Assembly (NCBI GenBank): GCA_964016885.1
Contig: OZ024742.1
Span: 164,362,001 to 164,426,000, forward strand
DNA length: 64,000 nucleotides
Source: Eledone cirrhosa
Taxonomy: Eukaryota
Reading direction: 5' to 3'
Position numbers and translations under genes: made by a program. Of this stretch, positions 26,336 through 40,300 are shown piece by piece; within the stretch, counting starts at the first letter, position 1; every line of letters begins with the position of its first letter. The notes under the pieces were generated by a model, which made no database searches, had not been told where the DNA came from, and was given only the letters and a program-made list of their open reading frames with translations.

Positions 26336-28361
26336 TGGACGGCTGGAAATTATCTCCCCTTGATTTTTTTTACAAATTATCTCCCCCTGATTTTTTTTTA
26401 CGAATTATCTCCCCCTGATTTTTTTTTACAAATTATCTCCGCCTGATTTTTTTTTTAAATTATCTCCCCTTGAACGGCTGGAAATTATCTCCCCTTGGAC
26501 GGCTGGAAATTATCTCCCCTTGGACGGCTAGAAATTACCTCTCCTTGGACGGCTGAAAATTATCTCCCCTTGGACGGCTGCAAATTATCTCCCCTTGATT
26601 TTTTTAACAAATTATCTCCCCCTGATTTTTTTTTACAAATTATCTCCCCCTGATTTTTTTTTACAAATTATCTACGCCTAATTTTTTTTACAAATTATCT
26701 CCCCCTGATTTTTTTTTACAAATTATCTCCCCCTGATTTTTTTTACAAATTATCTCCCCCTGATTTTTTTACAAATTATCTCCCCCCTGAATTTTTTTAC
26801 AATCTCCGCCTGATTTTTTTAAAAATTATCTTCCCTTGGCTGGCAGGAAATTATCTCCCCTTGGTCGGCTGGAAATTATATCCCCTTGGAAGGATGGAAA
26901 TTATCTCCCCTTGGACGGCTGGAAATTATCTCCCCTTGGACGGCTGGAAATTACCTCCCCTTGGACAGCTGGAAATTATCTGCCCTTGATTTTGTTTTTA
27001 CAAATTATCTCCCCCTGATTTTTTTTACAAATTATCTCCACCTGATTTTTTAAAAAATTATCTCCCCTTGATTTTTTTACAAATTATCTCCCCCTGATTT
27101 TTTTTACAAATTATCTCCCCCTGATTTTTTTTTTACAAATTATCTCCCCCTGATTTTTTTACAAATTATCTCCCCCTGATTTTTTTTACAAATTATCTCC
27201 GCCTGATTTTTTTTACAAATTATCTCCCCTTGGCTGGCTGGAAATTATCTCCCCTTGGAGGCTGGAATTTATCTCCCCTTGGACGGCTAGAAATTACCTC
27301 TCCTTGGACGGCTGGAAAATATGTCCTTGGACGGCTGGATATTATCTACCCTTGGACGGCTGGAAATTATCTCCCCTTGGACGGCTGGAAATTATCTCCC
27401 CTTGGAGGCTGGAATTTATCTCCCCTTGGACGGCTAGAAATTACCTCTCCTTGGACGGCTGGAAAATATGTCCTTGGACGGCTGGATATTACCTCCCCTT
27501 GGACGGCTGGAAATTATCTCCCCTTGATTTTTTTTACAAATTATCTCCCCCTGATTTTTTTTACAAATCTAATGATTTTAAAAAAAAAATTATCTCCCCT
27601 TCGCTGGCTGGAAATTATCTCCCCTTCGCTGGCTGGAAATTATCTCCCCTTGGACGCTGGAAATTATAGCCCCTTGGAGGGCTGGAAATTATCTTCCCTT
27701 GGACGGCTGGAAATTATCTCCCCTTGGCTCGAAATTATCTCCCCTTGGACGGCTAGAAATTATCTCTCTTTGGACGGCTGGAAATTATCTCCCTTTGATT
27801 TTTTTTACAAATTATCTCCCCCTGATTTTTTTTACAAATCTCCCCCTGATTTTTTAAAAAAAATTATCTCCCCTTCGCTGGCTGGAAATTATCTCCCCTT
27901 GGACACTGGAAATTATAGCCCCTTGGAGGGCTGGAAATTATCTTCCCTTGGACGGCTGGAAATTATCTCTGCTTGATTTTTTTTACAAATTATCTCCCCC
28001 TGATTTTTTTTTACAAATTATCCCCCCCGATTTTTTTTACAAATTATCTCCCCCTGATTTTTTTTACAAATTATCTCCCCTTGGACGGCTGGAAATTATC
28101 TCCCCTTGGACGGCTGGAAATTATCTCCCCTTGGACGGCTAGAAATTACCTCTCCTTGGACGACTGAAAATTATCTCCCCTTGGACGGCTGCAAATTATC
28201 TCCCCTTGATTTTTTTTACAAATTATCTCCGCCTGATTTTTTTTTTTAAATTATCTCCCCTTGGACGGCTGGAAATTACCTCCCCTTGGACGGCTGGAAA
28301 TTATCTCCCCTTGGACGGCTAGAAATTACCTCTCATTGGACGGCTGAAAATTATCTCCCCT
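24310..28361 (+). repeat. 2,026-bp direct tandem duplication
   Basis: Constant offset 2,026: 24375/26401 (ACGAATT), 24810/26836, 25204/27230, 25922/27948. Confidence 0.92.
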
Positions 28362-31300
28362 TGGACGGCTGGAAATTATCTCCCCTTGATTTTTTTTACA
28401 AATTATCTCCCCCTGATTTTTTTTTACAAATTATCTCCCCCTGATTTTTTTTTTACAAATTATCTCCGCCTGATTTTTTTTTAAAATTATCTCTCCTTGG
28501 ACGGCTGGATATTATCTCCCCTTTCATTTTTTTTACAAATTATCTCCCCCTGATTTTTTTTTACAAATTATCTCCCCCTGATTTTTTTTTACAAATTATC
28601 TACCCCTAATTTTTTTTTACAAATTATCTCCCCCTGATTTTTTTTACAAATTATCTCCCCCTGATTTTTTTTTTACAAATTATCTCCCCCTGATTTTTTT
28701 ACAAATTATCTCCCCCTGATTTTTTTTACAAATTATCTCCGCCTGATTTTTTTAAATATTATCTTCTCTTGGCTGGCGGGAAATTATCTCCCCTTGGACG
28801 GCTGAAAATTATCTCCCCTTGGACGGCTGGAAATTATCTCCCCTTGATTTTTTTTACAAATTATCTCCCCCTGATTTTTTTTTACAAATTATCTCCCCCT
28901 GATTTTTTTTACAAATTATCTCCCCCTGATTTTTTTTTACAAATTATCTCCCCCTGATTTTTTTTACAAATTATCTCCCCCTGATTTTTTTACAAATTAT
29001 CTCCCCTTGGCTGGCTGGAAATTATCTCCCCTTGGAGGCTGGAATTTATCTCCCCTTGGACGGCTAGAAATTACCTCTCCTTGGACGGCTGGAAAATATG
29101 TCCTTGGACGGCTGGATATTATCTACCCTTGGACGGCTGGAAATTATCTCCCCTTGGACGGCTGGAAATTATCTCCCCTTGGACGGCTAGATATTACCTC
29201 CCCTTGGATGGCTGGAAATTATCTCCCCTTGATTTTTTTTACAAATTATCCCCCCCTGATTTTTTTTTACAAATTATCTCCCCCTGATTTTTTTTTACAA
29301 ATTATCTACCCCTGATTTTTTTTTACAAATTATCTCCCCCTAATTTTTTTTACAAATTATCTCTCCCTGATTTTTTTTTACAAATTATCTCCCCCTGATT
29401 TTTTTTTACAAATTATCTACCCCTGATTTTTTTTTACAAATTATCTCCCCCTGATTTTTTTTACAAATTATCTCCCCCTGATTTTTTTTACAAATTATCT
29501 CCCCCTGATTTTTTTACAAATTATCTCCCCCCGATTTTTTTTACAAATTATCTCCGCCTAATTTTTTTAAATATTATCTTCCCTTGGCTGGCGGGAAATT
29601 ATCTCCCCTTGGACGGCTGAAAATTATCTCCCCTTGGACGGCTGGAAATTATCTCCCCTTGATTTTTTTACAAATTATCTCCCCCTGATTATTTTTTACA
29701 AATTATCTCCCCCTGATTTTTTTTTACAAATTATCTCCCTCTGATTTTTTTTACAAATTATCTCCCCTTGGCTGGCTGGAAATTATCTCCCCTTGGAGGC
29801 TGGAATTTATCTCCACTTGGACGGTTAGAAATTACCTCTCCTTGGACTGCTGGAAAATATGTCTCCTTGGACGGCTGGAAATTATCTCCCCTTGGACGGC
29901 TGGAAATTATCTCCCCTTGGACGGCTGGAAATTATCTCTCCTCGGACGACTAGAAATTACCTCTCCTTGGACAGCTGAAAATTATCTCCCCTTGGACGGC
30001 TGGAAATTATCTCCCCTTGATTTTTTTTACAAATTATCTCCCCCCGATTTTTTTTTACAAATTATCTCCCCTTGGCTGGCTGGAAATTATCTCCCCTTGG
30101 AGGCTGGAATTTATCTCCCCTTGGACGGCTAGAAATTACCTCGCCTTGGACGGCTGGAAAATATGTCTCCTTGGACGGCTGGAAATTATCTCCCCTTGGA
30201 CGGCTGGAAATTATCTCCCCTTGGACGGCTGGAAATTATCTCCCCTTGGACGGCTAGATATTACCTCCCCTTGGACGGCTGGAAATTATCTCCCCTTGAT
30301 TTTTTTTACAAATTATCTCCCCCTGATTATTTTTTAAAATTATCTCCCCTTGAACGGCTGGAAATTATCTCCCCTTGGACGGCTGGAAATTATCTCCCCT
30401 TGGACGGCTAGAAATTACCTCTCCTTGGACGGCTGAAAATTATCTCCCCTTGGACGGCTGCAAATTATCTCCCCTTGATTTTTTAACAAATTATCTCCCC
30501 CTGATTTTTTTTTACAAATTATCTCCCCCTGATTTTTTTTTACAAATTATCTACGCCTAATTTTTTTTACAAATTATCTCCCCCTGATTTTTTTTTACAA
30601 ATTATCTCCCCCTGATTTTTTTTTACAAATTATTTCCCCCTGATTTTTTTACAAATTATCTCCCCCCTGATTTTTTTTACAATCTCCGCCTGATTTTTTT
30701 AAAAATTATCTTGCCTTGGCTGGCGGGAAATTATCTCCCCTTGGACGGCTGGAAATTATATCCCCTTGGACGGCTGGAAATTACCTCCCCTTGGACAGCT
30801 GGAAATTATCTGCCCTTGATTTTGTTTTTACAAATTATCTCCCCCTGATTTTTTTTACAAATTATCTCCACCTGATTTTTTAAAAAATTATCTCCCCTTG
30901 GACGGCTGGAAATTATCTCCCCTTGGACGGCTGATAATTATCTCCCCTTGGACGGCTGGAAATTATCTCCCCTTGATTTTTTTTTACAAATTATCTCCCC
31001 CTGATTTTTTTTTACAAATTATCTCCCCCTGATTTTTTTTACAAATTATCTCCGCATGATTTTTTTAAATATTATCTTCCCTTGGCTGGCTGGAAATTAT
31101 CTCCCCTTGGAGGCTGGAATTTATCTCCCCTTGGACGGCTAGAAATTACCTCTCCTTGGACGGCTGGAAAATATTTCTCCTTGGACGGCTGGATATTATC
31201 TACCCTTGGACGGGTGGAAATTATCTCCCCTTGGACGGCTGGAAATTATCTCCCCTTGGACGGCTAGATATTACCTCCCCTTGGACGACTGGAAATTATC

Positions 31301-34300
31301 TCCCCTTGATTTTTTTTACAAATTATCTCCCCCTGATTTTTTTTTTACAAATTATCTCCCCCTGATTTTTTTACAAATTATCTCCCCCTGATTTTTTTTA
31401 CAAATTATCTCCGCCTGATTTTTTTAAATATTATCTTCTCTTGGCTGGCGGGAAATTATCTCCCCTTGGACGGCTGAAAATTATCTCCCCTTGGACGGCT
31501 GGAAATTATCTCCCCTTGATTTTTTTTACAAATTATCTCCCCCTGATTTTTTTTAAAAAATTATCTCCCCCTAATTTTTTTTTACAAATTATCTCCCCCT
31601 GATTTTTTTTTACAAATTATCTCCCCCTGATTTTTTTTACAAATTATCTCCCCCTGATTTTTTTACAAATTATCTCCCCTTGGCTGGCTGGAAATTATCT
31701 CCCCTTGGACACTGTAAATTATAGCCCCTTGGAGGGCTGGAAATTATCTTACCTTGGACGGCTGGAAATTATCTCTGCTTGATTTTTTTTACAAATTATC
31801 TCCCCCTGATTTTTTTTTACAAATTATCCCCCCCGATTTTTTTTACAAATTATCTCCCCCTGATTTTTTTTACAAATTATCTCCCCTTGGACGGCTGGAA
31901 ATTATCTCCCCTTGGACGGCTGGAAATTATCTCTCCTTGGACGGCTAGAAATTACCTCTCCTTGGACGACTGAAAATTATCTCCCCTTGGACGGCTGCAA
32001 ATTATCTCCCCTTGATTTCTTTTACAAATTATCTCCGCCTGATTTTTTTTTTAAAATTATCTCCCCTTGGACGGCTGGAAATTACCTCCCCTTGGACGGC
32101 TGGAAATTATCTCCCCTTGGACGGCTAGAAATTACCTCTCATTGGACGGCTGAAAATTATCTCCCCTTGGACGGCTGGAAATTATCTCCCCTTGATTTTT
32201 TTTACAAATTATCTCCCCCTGATTTTTTTTTTACAAATTATCTCCGCCTGATTTTTTTTTAAAATTATCTCTCCTTGGACGGCTGGATATTATCTCCCCT
32301 TTCATTTTTTTTACAAATTATCTCCCCCTGATTTTTTTTTACAAATTATCTCCCCCTGATTTTTTTTTACAAATTATCTACCCCTGATTTTTTTTACAAA
32401 TTATCTCCGCCTGATTTTTTTAAATATTATCTTCCCTTGGCTGGCGGGAAATTATCTCCCCTTGGACGGCTGGAAATTATCTCCCCTTGATTTTTTTTAC
32501 AAATTATCTCCCCCTGATTTTTTTTTACAAATTATCTCCCCCTGATTTTTTTTTACAAATTATCTCCCCCTGATTTTTTTTTACAAATTATCTCCCCCTG
32601 ATTTTTTTTTACAAATCTCCCCCTGATTTTTTTATAAATTATCTCCCCTTGGCTGGCTGGAAATTATCTCCCCTTGGAGGCTGGAATTTATCTCCCCTTG
32701 GACGGCTAGAAATTACCTCTCCTTGGATGGCTGGAAAATATGTCTCCTTGGACGGCTGGATATTATCTACCCTTGGACGGCTGGAAATTATCTCCCCTTG
32801 GACGGCTGGAAATTATCTCCCCTTGGACGGCTAGATATTACCTCCCATTGGACGGCTGGAAATTATCTCCCCTTGATTTTTTTTACAAATTATCTCCCCC
32901 TGATTTTTTTTTACGAATTATCTCCCCCTGATTTTTTTTTACAAATTATCTCCGCCTGATTTTTTTTTTAAAATTATCTCCCCTTGAACGGCTGGAAATT
33001 ATCTCCCCTTGGACGGCTGGAAATTATCTCCCCTTGGACGGCTAGAAATTACCTCTCCTTGGACGGCTGAAAATTATCTCCCCTTGGACGGCTGCAAATT
33101 ATCTCCCCTTGATTTTTTTAACAAATTATCTCCCCCTGATTTTTTTTTACAAATTATCTCCCCCTGATTTTTTTTTACAAATTATCTACGCCTAATTTTT
33201 TTTACAAATTATCTCCCCCTGATTTTTTTTTACAAATTATCTCCCCCTGATTTTTTTTACAAATTATCTCCCCCTGATTTTTTTTACAAATTATCTCCCC
33301 CTGATTTTTTTACAAATTATCTCCCCCCTGATTTTTTTTACAATCTCCGCCTGATTTTTTTAAAAATTATCTTCCCTTGGCTGGCGGGAAATTATCTCCC
33401 CTTGGACGGCTGGAAATTATATCCCCTTGGAAGGATGGAAATTATCTCCCCTTGGACGGCTGGAAATTATCTCCCCTTGGACGGCTGGAAATTACTTCCC
33501 CTTGGACAGCTGGAAATTATCTGCCCTTGATTTTGTTTTTACAAATTATCTCCCCCTGATTTTTTTTACAAATTATCTCCACCTGATTTTTTAAAAAATT
33601 ATCTCCCCTTGGACGGCTGGAAATTATCTCCCCTTGATTTTTTTACAAATTATCTCCCCCTGATTTTTTTTACAAATTATCTCCCCCTGATTTTTTTTTA
33701 CAAATTATCTCCCCCTGATTTTTTTTACAAATTATCTCCGCCTGATTTTTTTAAATATTATCTTCCCTTGGCTGGCGGGAAATTATCTCCCCTTGGACGG
33801 CTGAAAATTATCTCCCCTTGGACGGCTGGAAATTATCTCCCCTTGATTTTTTTTACAAATTATCTCCCCCTGATTTTTTTTTACAAATTATCTCCCCCTG
33901 ATTTTTTTTTACAAATTATCTTCCCCTGATTTTTTTTTACAAATTATCTGCCCCTGATTTTTTTTACAAATTATCTCCCCCTGATTTTTTTACAAATTAT
34001 CTCCCCTTGGCTGGCTGGAAATTATCTCCCCTTGGAGGCTGGAATTTATCTCCCCTTGGACGGCTAGAAATTACCTCTCCTTGGACGGCTGGAAAATATT
34101 TCTCCTTGGACGGCTGGATATTATCTACCCTTGGACGGGTGGAAATTATCTCCCCTTGGACGGCTGGAAATTATCTCCCCTTGGACGGCTAGATATTACC
34201 TCCCCTTGGACGGCTGGAAATTATCTCCCCTTGATTTTTTTTACAAATTATCTCCCCCTGATTTTTTTTACAAATTATCTCCACCTGATTTTTTTACAAA

Positions 34301-37300
34301 TTATCTCCCCCTGATTTTTTTTACAAATTATCTCCCCCTGATTTTTTTTTTACAAATTATCTCCCCCTGATTTTTTTACAAATTATCTCCCCCTGATTTT
34401 TTTTACAAATTATCTCCGCCTGATTTTTTTAAATATTATCTTCCCTTGGCTGGCGGGAAATTATCTCCCCTTGGACGGCTGAAAATTATCTCCCCTTGGA
34501 CGGCTGGAAATTATCTCCCCTTGATTTTTTTTACAAATTATCTCCCCCTGATTATTTTTTACAAATTATCTTTCCCTGATTTTTTTTACAAATTATCTCC
34601 CCCTGATTTTTTTTACAAATTATCTCCCCCTGATTTTTTTACAAATTATCTCCCCTTGGCTGGCTGGAAATTATCTCCCCTTGGAGGCTGGAATTTATCT
34701 CCCCTTGGACGGCTGGAAATTATCTCTCCTTGGACGGCTAGTAATTACCTCTCCTTGGACGGCTGGAAAATATCTCTTTGGAGGGCTGGAAATTATCTCC
34801 CCTTGGACGGCTGGAAATTATCTCCCCTTGGACGGCTGGAAATTATCTCTCCTTGGACGGCTAGAAATTACCTCTCCTTGGACGGCTGAAAATTATCTCT
34901 CCTTGGACGGCTGGAAATTATCTCCCCTTGGACGGCTAGATATTACCTCCCCTTGGACGGCTGGAAATTATCTCCCCTTGATTTTTTTTACAAATTATCT
35001 CCCCCTGATTTTTTTTACAAATTATCTCCACCTGATTTTTTTACAAATTATCTCCCCCTGATTTTTTTTACAAATTATCTCCGCCTAATTTTTTTAAATA
35101 TTATCTTCCCTTGGCTGGCGGGAAATTATCTCCCCTTGGACGGCTGAAAATTATCTCCCCTTGGACGGCTGGAAAATATGTCTCCTTGGACGGCTGGAAA
35201 TTATCTCCCCTTGGACGGCTGGAATTTATCTCCCCTTGGACGGCTAGAAATTACCTCGCCTTGGACGGCTGGAAAATATGTCTCCTTGGACGGCTGGAAA
35301 TTATCTCCCCTTGGAGGCTGGAATTTATCTCCCCTTGGACGGCTAGAAATTACCTCGCCTTGGACGGCTGGAAAATATGTCTCCTTGGACGGCTGGAAAT
35401 TATCTCCCCTTGGACGGCTGGAAATTATCTCCCCTTGGACGGCTGGAAATAATCTCCCATTGGACGGCTAGATATTACCTCCCCTTGGACGGCTGGAAAT
35501 TATCTCCCCTTGATTTTTTTTACAAATTATCTCCCCCTGATTTTTTTTTACAAATTATCTCCCCCTGATTTTTTTTACAAATTATCTCCCCCTGATTTTT
35601 TTACAAATTATCTCCCCCCGATTTTTTTTACAAATTATATCCGCCTAATTTTTTTAAATATTATCTTCCCTTGGCTGGCGGGAAATTATCTCCCCTTGGA
35701 CGGCTGAAAATTATCTCCCCTTGGACGGCTGGAAATTATCTCCCCTTGATTTTTTTACAAATTATCTCCCCCTGATTATTTTTTACAAATTATCTCCCCC
35801 TGATTTTTTTTTACAAATTATCTCCCTCTGATTTTTTTTACAAATTATCTCCCCTTGGCTGGCTGGAAATTATCTCCCCTTGGAGGCTGGAATTTATCTC
35901 CCCTTGGACGGTTAGAAATTACCTCTCCTTGGACTGCTGGAAAATATGTCTCCTTGGACGGCTGGAAATTATCTCCCCTTGGACGGCTGGAAATTATCTC
36001 CCCTTGGACGGCTGGAAATTATCTCTCCTCGGACGACTAGAAATTACCTCTCCTTGGACAGCTGAAAATTATCTCCCCTTGGACGGCTGGAAATTATCTC
36101 CCCTTGATTTTTTTTACAAATTATCTCCCCCTGATTTTTTTTTACAAATTATCTCCCCCTGATTTTTTTTTACAAATTATCTCCCCATGATTTTTTTTAC
36201 AAATTATCTCCCCCTGATATTTTTTACAAATTATCTCCCCCTGATTTTTTTACAAATTATCTCCCCTTGGCTGGCTGGAAATTATCTCCCCTTGGAGGCT
36301 GGAATTTATCTCCCCTTGGACGGCTAGAAATTACCTCGCCTTGGACGGCTGGAAAATATGTCTCCTTGGACGGCTGGAAATTATCTCCCCTTGGACGGCT
36401 GGAAATTATCTCCCCTTGGACGGCTGGAAATTATCTCCCCTTGGACGGCTAGATATTACCTCCCCTTGGACGGCTGGAAATTATCTCCCCTTGATTTTTT
36501 TTACAATTTATCTACCCCTGATTTTTTTTTACAAATTATCTCCCCCTGATTTTTTTTTACGAATTATCTCCCCCTGATTTTTTTTTACAAATTATCTCCG
36601 CCTGATTTTTTTTTAAAAATTATCTACCCTTGAACGGCTGGAAATTATCTCCCCTTGGACGGCTGGAAATTATCTCCCCTTGGACGGCTAGAAATTACCT
36701 CTCCTTGGACGGCTGAAAATTATCTCCCCTTGGACGGCTGCAAATTATCTCCCCTTGATTTTTTAACAAATTATCTCCCCCTGATTTTTTTTTACAAATT
36801 ATCTCCCCCTGATTTTTTTTTACAAATTATCTACGCCTAATTTTTTTTACAAATTATCTCCCCCTGATTTTTTTTACAAATTATCTCCCCCTGATTTTTT
36901 TTACAAATTATCTCCCCCTGATTTTTTTTTACAAATTATTTCCCCCTGATTTTTTTACAAATTATCTCCCCCCTGATTTTTTTAAAAATTATCTTCCCTT
37001 GGCTGGCGGGAAATTATCTCCCCTTGGACGGCTGGAAATTATATCCCCTTGGAGGCTGGAATTTATCTCCCCTTGGACGGCTAGAAATTACCTCGCCTTG
37101 GACGGCTGGAAAATATGTCTCCTTGGACGGCTGGAAATTATCTCCCCTTGGACGGCTGGAAATTATCTCCCCTTGGACGGCTGGAAATTATCTCCCCTTG
37201 GACGGCTAGATATTACCTCCCCTTGGACGGCTGGAAATTATCTCCCCTTGATTTCTTTTACAAATTATCTCCCCCTGATTTTTTTTTACAAATTATCTCC

Positions 37301-40300
37301 CCCTGATTTTTTTTTACGAATTATCTCCCCCTCATTTTTTTTTACAAATTATCTCCCCTTGAACGGCTGGAAATTATCTCCCCTTGGACGGCTGGAAATT
37401 ATCTCCCCTTGAAAGGCTAGAAATTACCTCTCCTTGGACGGCTGAAAATTATCTCCCCTTGGACGGCTGCAAATTATCTCCCCTTGATTTTTTAACAAAT
37501 TACCTCGCCTTGGACGGCTGGAAAATATGTCTCCTTGGACGGCTGGAAATTATCTCCCCTTGGACGGCTGGAAATTATCTCCCCTTGGACGGCTGGAAAT
37601 TATCTCCCATTGGACGGCTAGATATTACCTCCCCTTGGACGGCTGCAAATTATCTCCCCTTGATTTTTTTAACAAATTATCTCCCCCTGATTTTTTTTTA
37701 CAAATTATCTCCCCCTGATTTTTTTTTACAAATTATCTACGCCTAATTTTTTTTACAAATTATCTCCCCCTGATTTTTTTTTACAAATTATCTCCCCCTG
37801 ATTTTTTTTACAAATTATCTCCCCCTGATTTTTTTTTACAAATTATCTCCCCCTGATTTTTTTACAAATTATCTCCCCCCTGATTTTTTTTACAATCTCC
37901 GCCTGATTTTTTTAAAAATTATCTTCCCTTGGCTGGCGGGAAATTATCTCCCCTTGGACGGCTGGAAATTATATCCCCTTGGAAGGATGGAAATTATCTC
38001 CCCTTGGACGGCTGGAAATTATCTCCCCTTGGACGGCTGGAAATTATCTCCCCTTGGACAGCTGGAAATTATCTGCCCTTGATTTTGTTTTTACAAATTA
38101 TCTCCCCCTGATTTTTTTTACAAATTATCTCCACCTGATTTTTTAAAAAATTATCTCCCCTTGGACGGCTGGAAATTATCTCCCCTTGATTTTTTTACAA
38201 ATTATCTCCCCCTGATTTTTTTTACAAATTATCTCCCCCTGATTTTTTTTTTACAAATTATCTCCCCCTGATTTTTTTACAAATTATCTCCCCCTGATTT
38301 TTTTTACAAATTATCTCCGCCTGATTTTTTTAAATATTATCTTCCCTTGGCTGGCGGGAAATTATCTCCCCTTGGACGGCTGAAAATTATCTCCCCTTGG
38401 ACGGCTGGAAATTATCTCCCCTTGATTTTTTTTACAAATTATCTCCCCCTGATTTTTTTTACAAATTATCTCCCCCTGATTTTTTTTTACAAATTATCTC
38501 CCCCTGATTTTTTTTTACAAATTATCTGCCCCTGAGTTTTTTTACAAATTATCTCCCCCTGATTTTTTTACAAATTATCTCCCCTTGGCTGGCTGGAAAT
38601 TATCTCCCCTTGGAGGCTGGAATTTATCTCCCCTTGGACGGCTAGAAATTACCTCTCCTTGGAAGGCTGGAAAATATTTCTCCTTGGACGGCTGGATATT
38701 ATCTACCCTTGGACGGGTGGAAATTATCTCCCCTTGGACGGCTGGAAATTATCTCCCCTTGGACAGCTAGATATTACCTCCCCTTGGACGGCTGGAAATT
38801 ATCTCCCCTTGATTTCTTTTACAAATTATCTCCCCCTGATTTTTTTTACAAATTATCTCCACCTGATTTTTTTACAAATTATCTCCCCCTGATTTTTTTT
38901 ACAAATTATCTCCCCCTGATTTTTTTACAAATTATCTCCCCTTGGCTGGCTGGAAATTATCTCCCCTTGGAGGCTGGAATTTATCTCCCCTTGGACGGCT
39001 GGAAATTATCTCCCCTTGATTTTTTTTACAAATTATCTACCCCTGATTTTTTTTACAAATTATCTCCCCCTGATTTTTTTTACAAATTATCTCCCCCTGA
39101 TTTTTTTACAAATTATCTCCCCCTGATTTTTTTACAAATTATCTCCCCCTGATTTTTTTTTACAAATTATCTACGCCTAATTTTTTTTACAAATTATCTC
39201 CCCCTGATTTTTTTTTACAAATTATCTCCCCCTGATTTTTTTTTACAAATTATCTCCCCCTGATTTTTTTTTACAAATTATCTCCCCCTGATTTTTTTAC
39301 AAATTATCTCCCCCCTGATTTTTATTGCAATCTCCGCCTGATTTTTTAAAAAATTATCTTCCCTTGGCTGGCGGGAAATTATCTTCCCTTGGACGGCTGG
39401 AAATTATATCCCCTTGGAAGGATGGAAATTATCTCCCCTTGGACGGCTGGAAATTATCTCCCCTTGGACGGCTGGAAATTATCTCCCCTTGGACAGCTGG
39501 AAATTATCTGCCCTTGATTTTGTTTTTACAAATTATCTCCCCCTGATTTGTTTTACAAATTATCTCCACCTGATTTTTTAAAAAATTATCTCCCCTTGGA
39601 CGGCTGGAAATTATCTCCCCTTGGCTGGAAATTATCTCCCCTTGGACGGCTAGAAATTATCTCTCTTTGGACGGCTGGAAATTATCTGCCTTTGATTTTT
39701 TTTACAAATTATCTCCCCCTGATTTTTTTTTACAAATTATCTCACCCTGATTTTTTTTACAAATTATCTCCCTCTGATTTTTTTACAAATTATCTCCCCT
39801 TGGCTGGCTGGAAATTATCTCCCCTTGGAGGCTGGAATTTATCTCCCCTTGGACGGCTAGAAATTACCTCTCCTTGGACGGCTGGAAAATATGTCTCCTT
39901 GGACGGCTGGATATTATCTACCCTTGGACGGCTGGAAATTATCTCCCCTTGGACGGCTGGAAATTATCTCCCCTTGGACGGCTAGATATTACCTCCCCTT
40001 GGACGGCTGGAAATTATCTCCCCTTGATTTTTTTACAAATTATCTCCCCCTGATTTTTTTACAAATTATCTCCCCCTGATTTTTTTTACAAATTATCTCC
40101 GCCTAATTTTTTTAAATATTATCTTCCCTTGGCTGGCGGGAAATTATCTCCCCTTGGACGGCTGAAAATTATCTCCCATTGGACGGCTGGAAATTATCTC
40201 CCCTTGATTTTTTTTACAAATTATCTCCCCCTGATTTTTTTTTACAAATTATCTCCCCCTGATTTTTTTTACAAATTATCTCCCCCTGATTTTTTTACAA

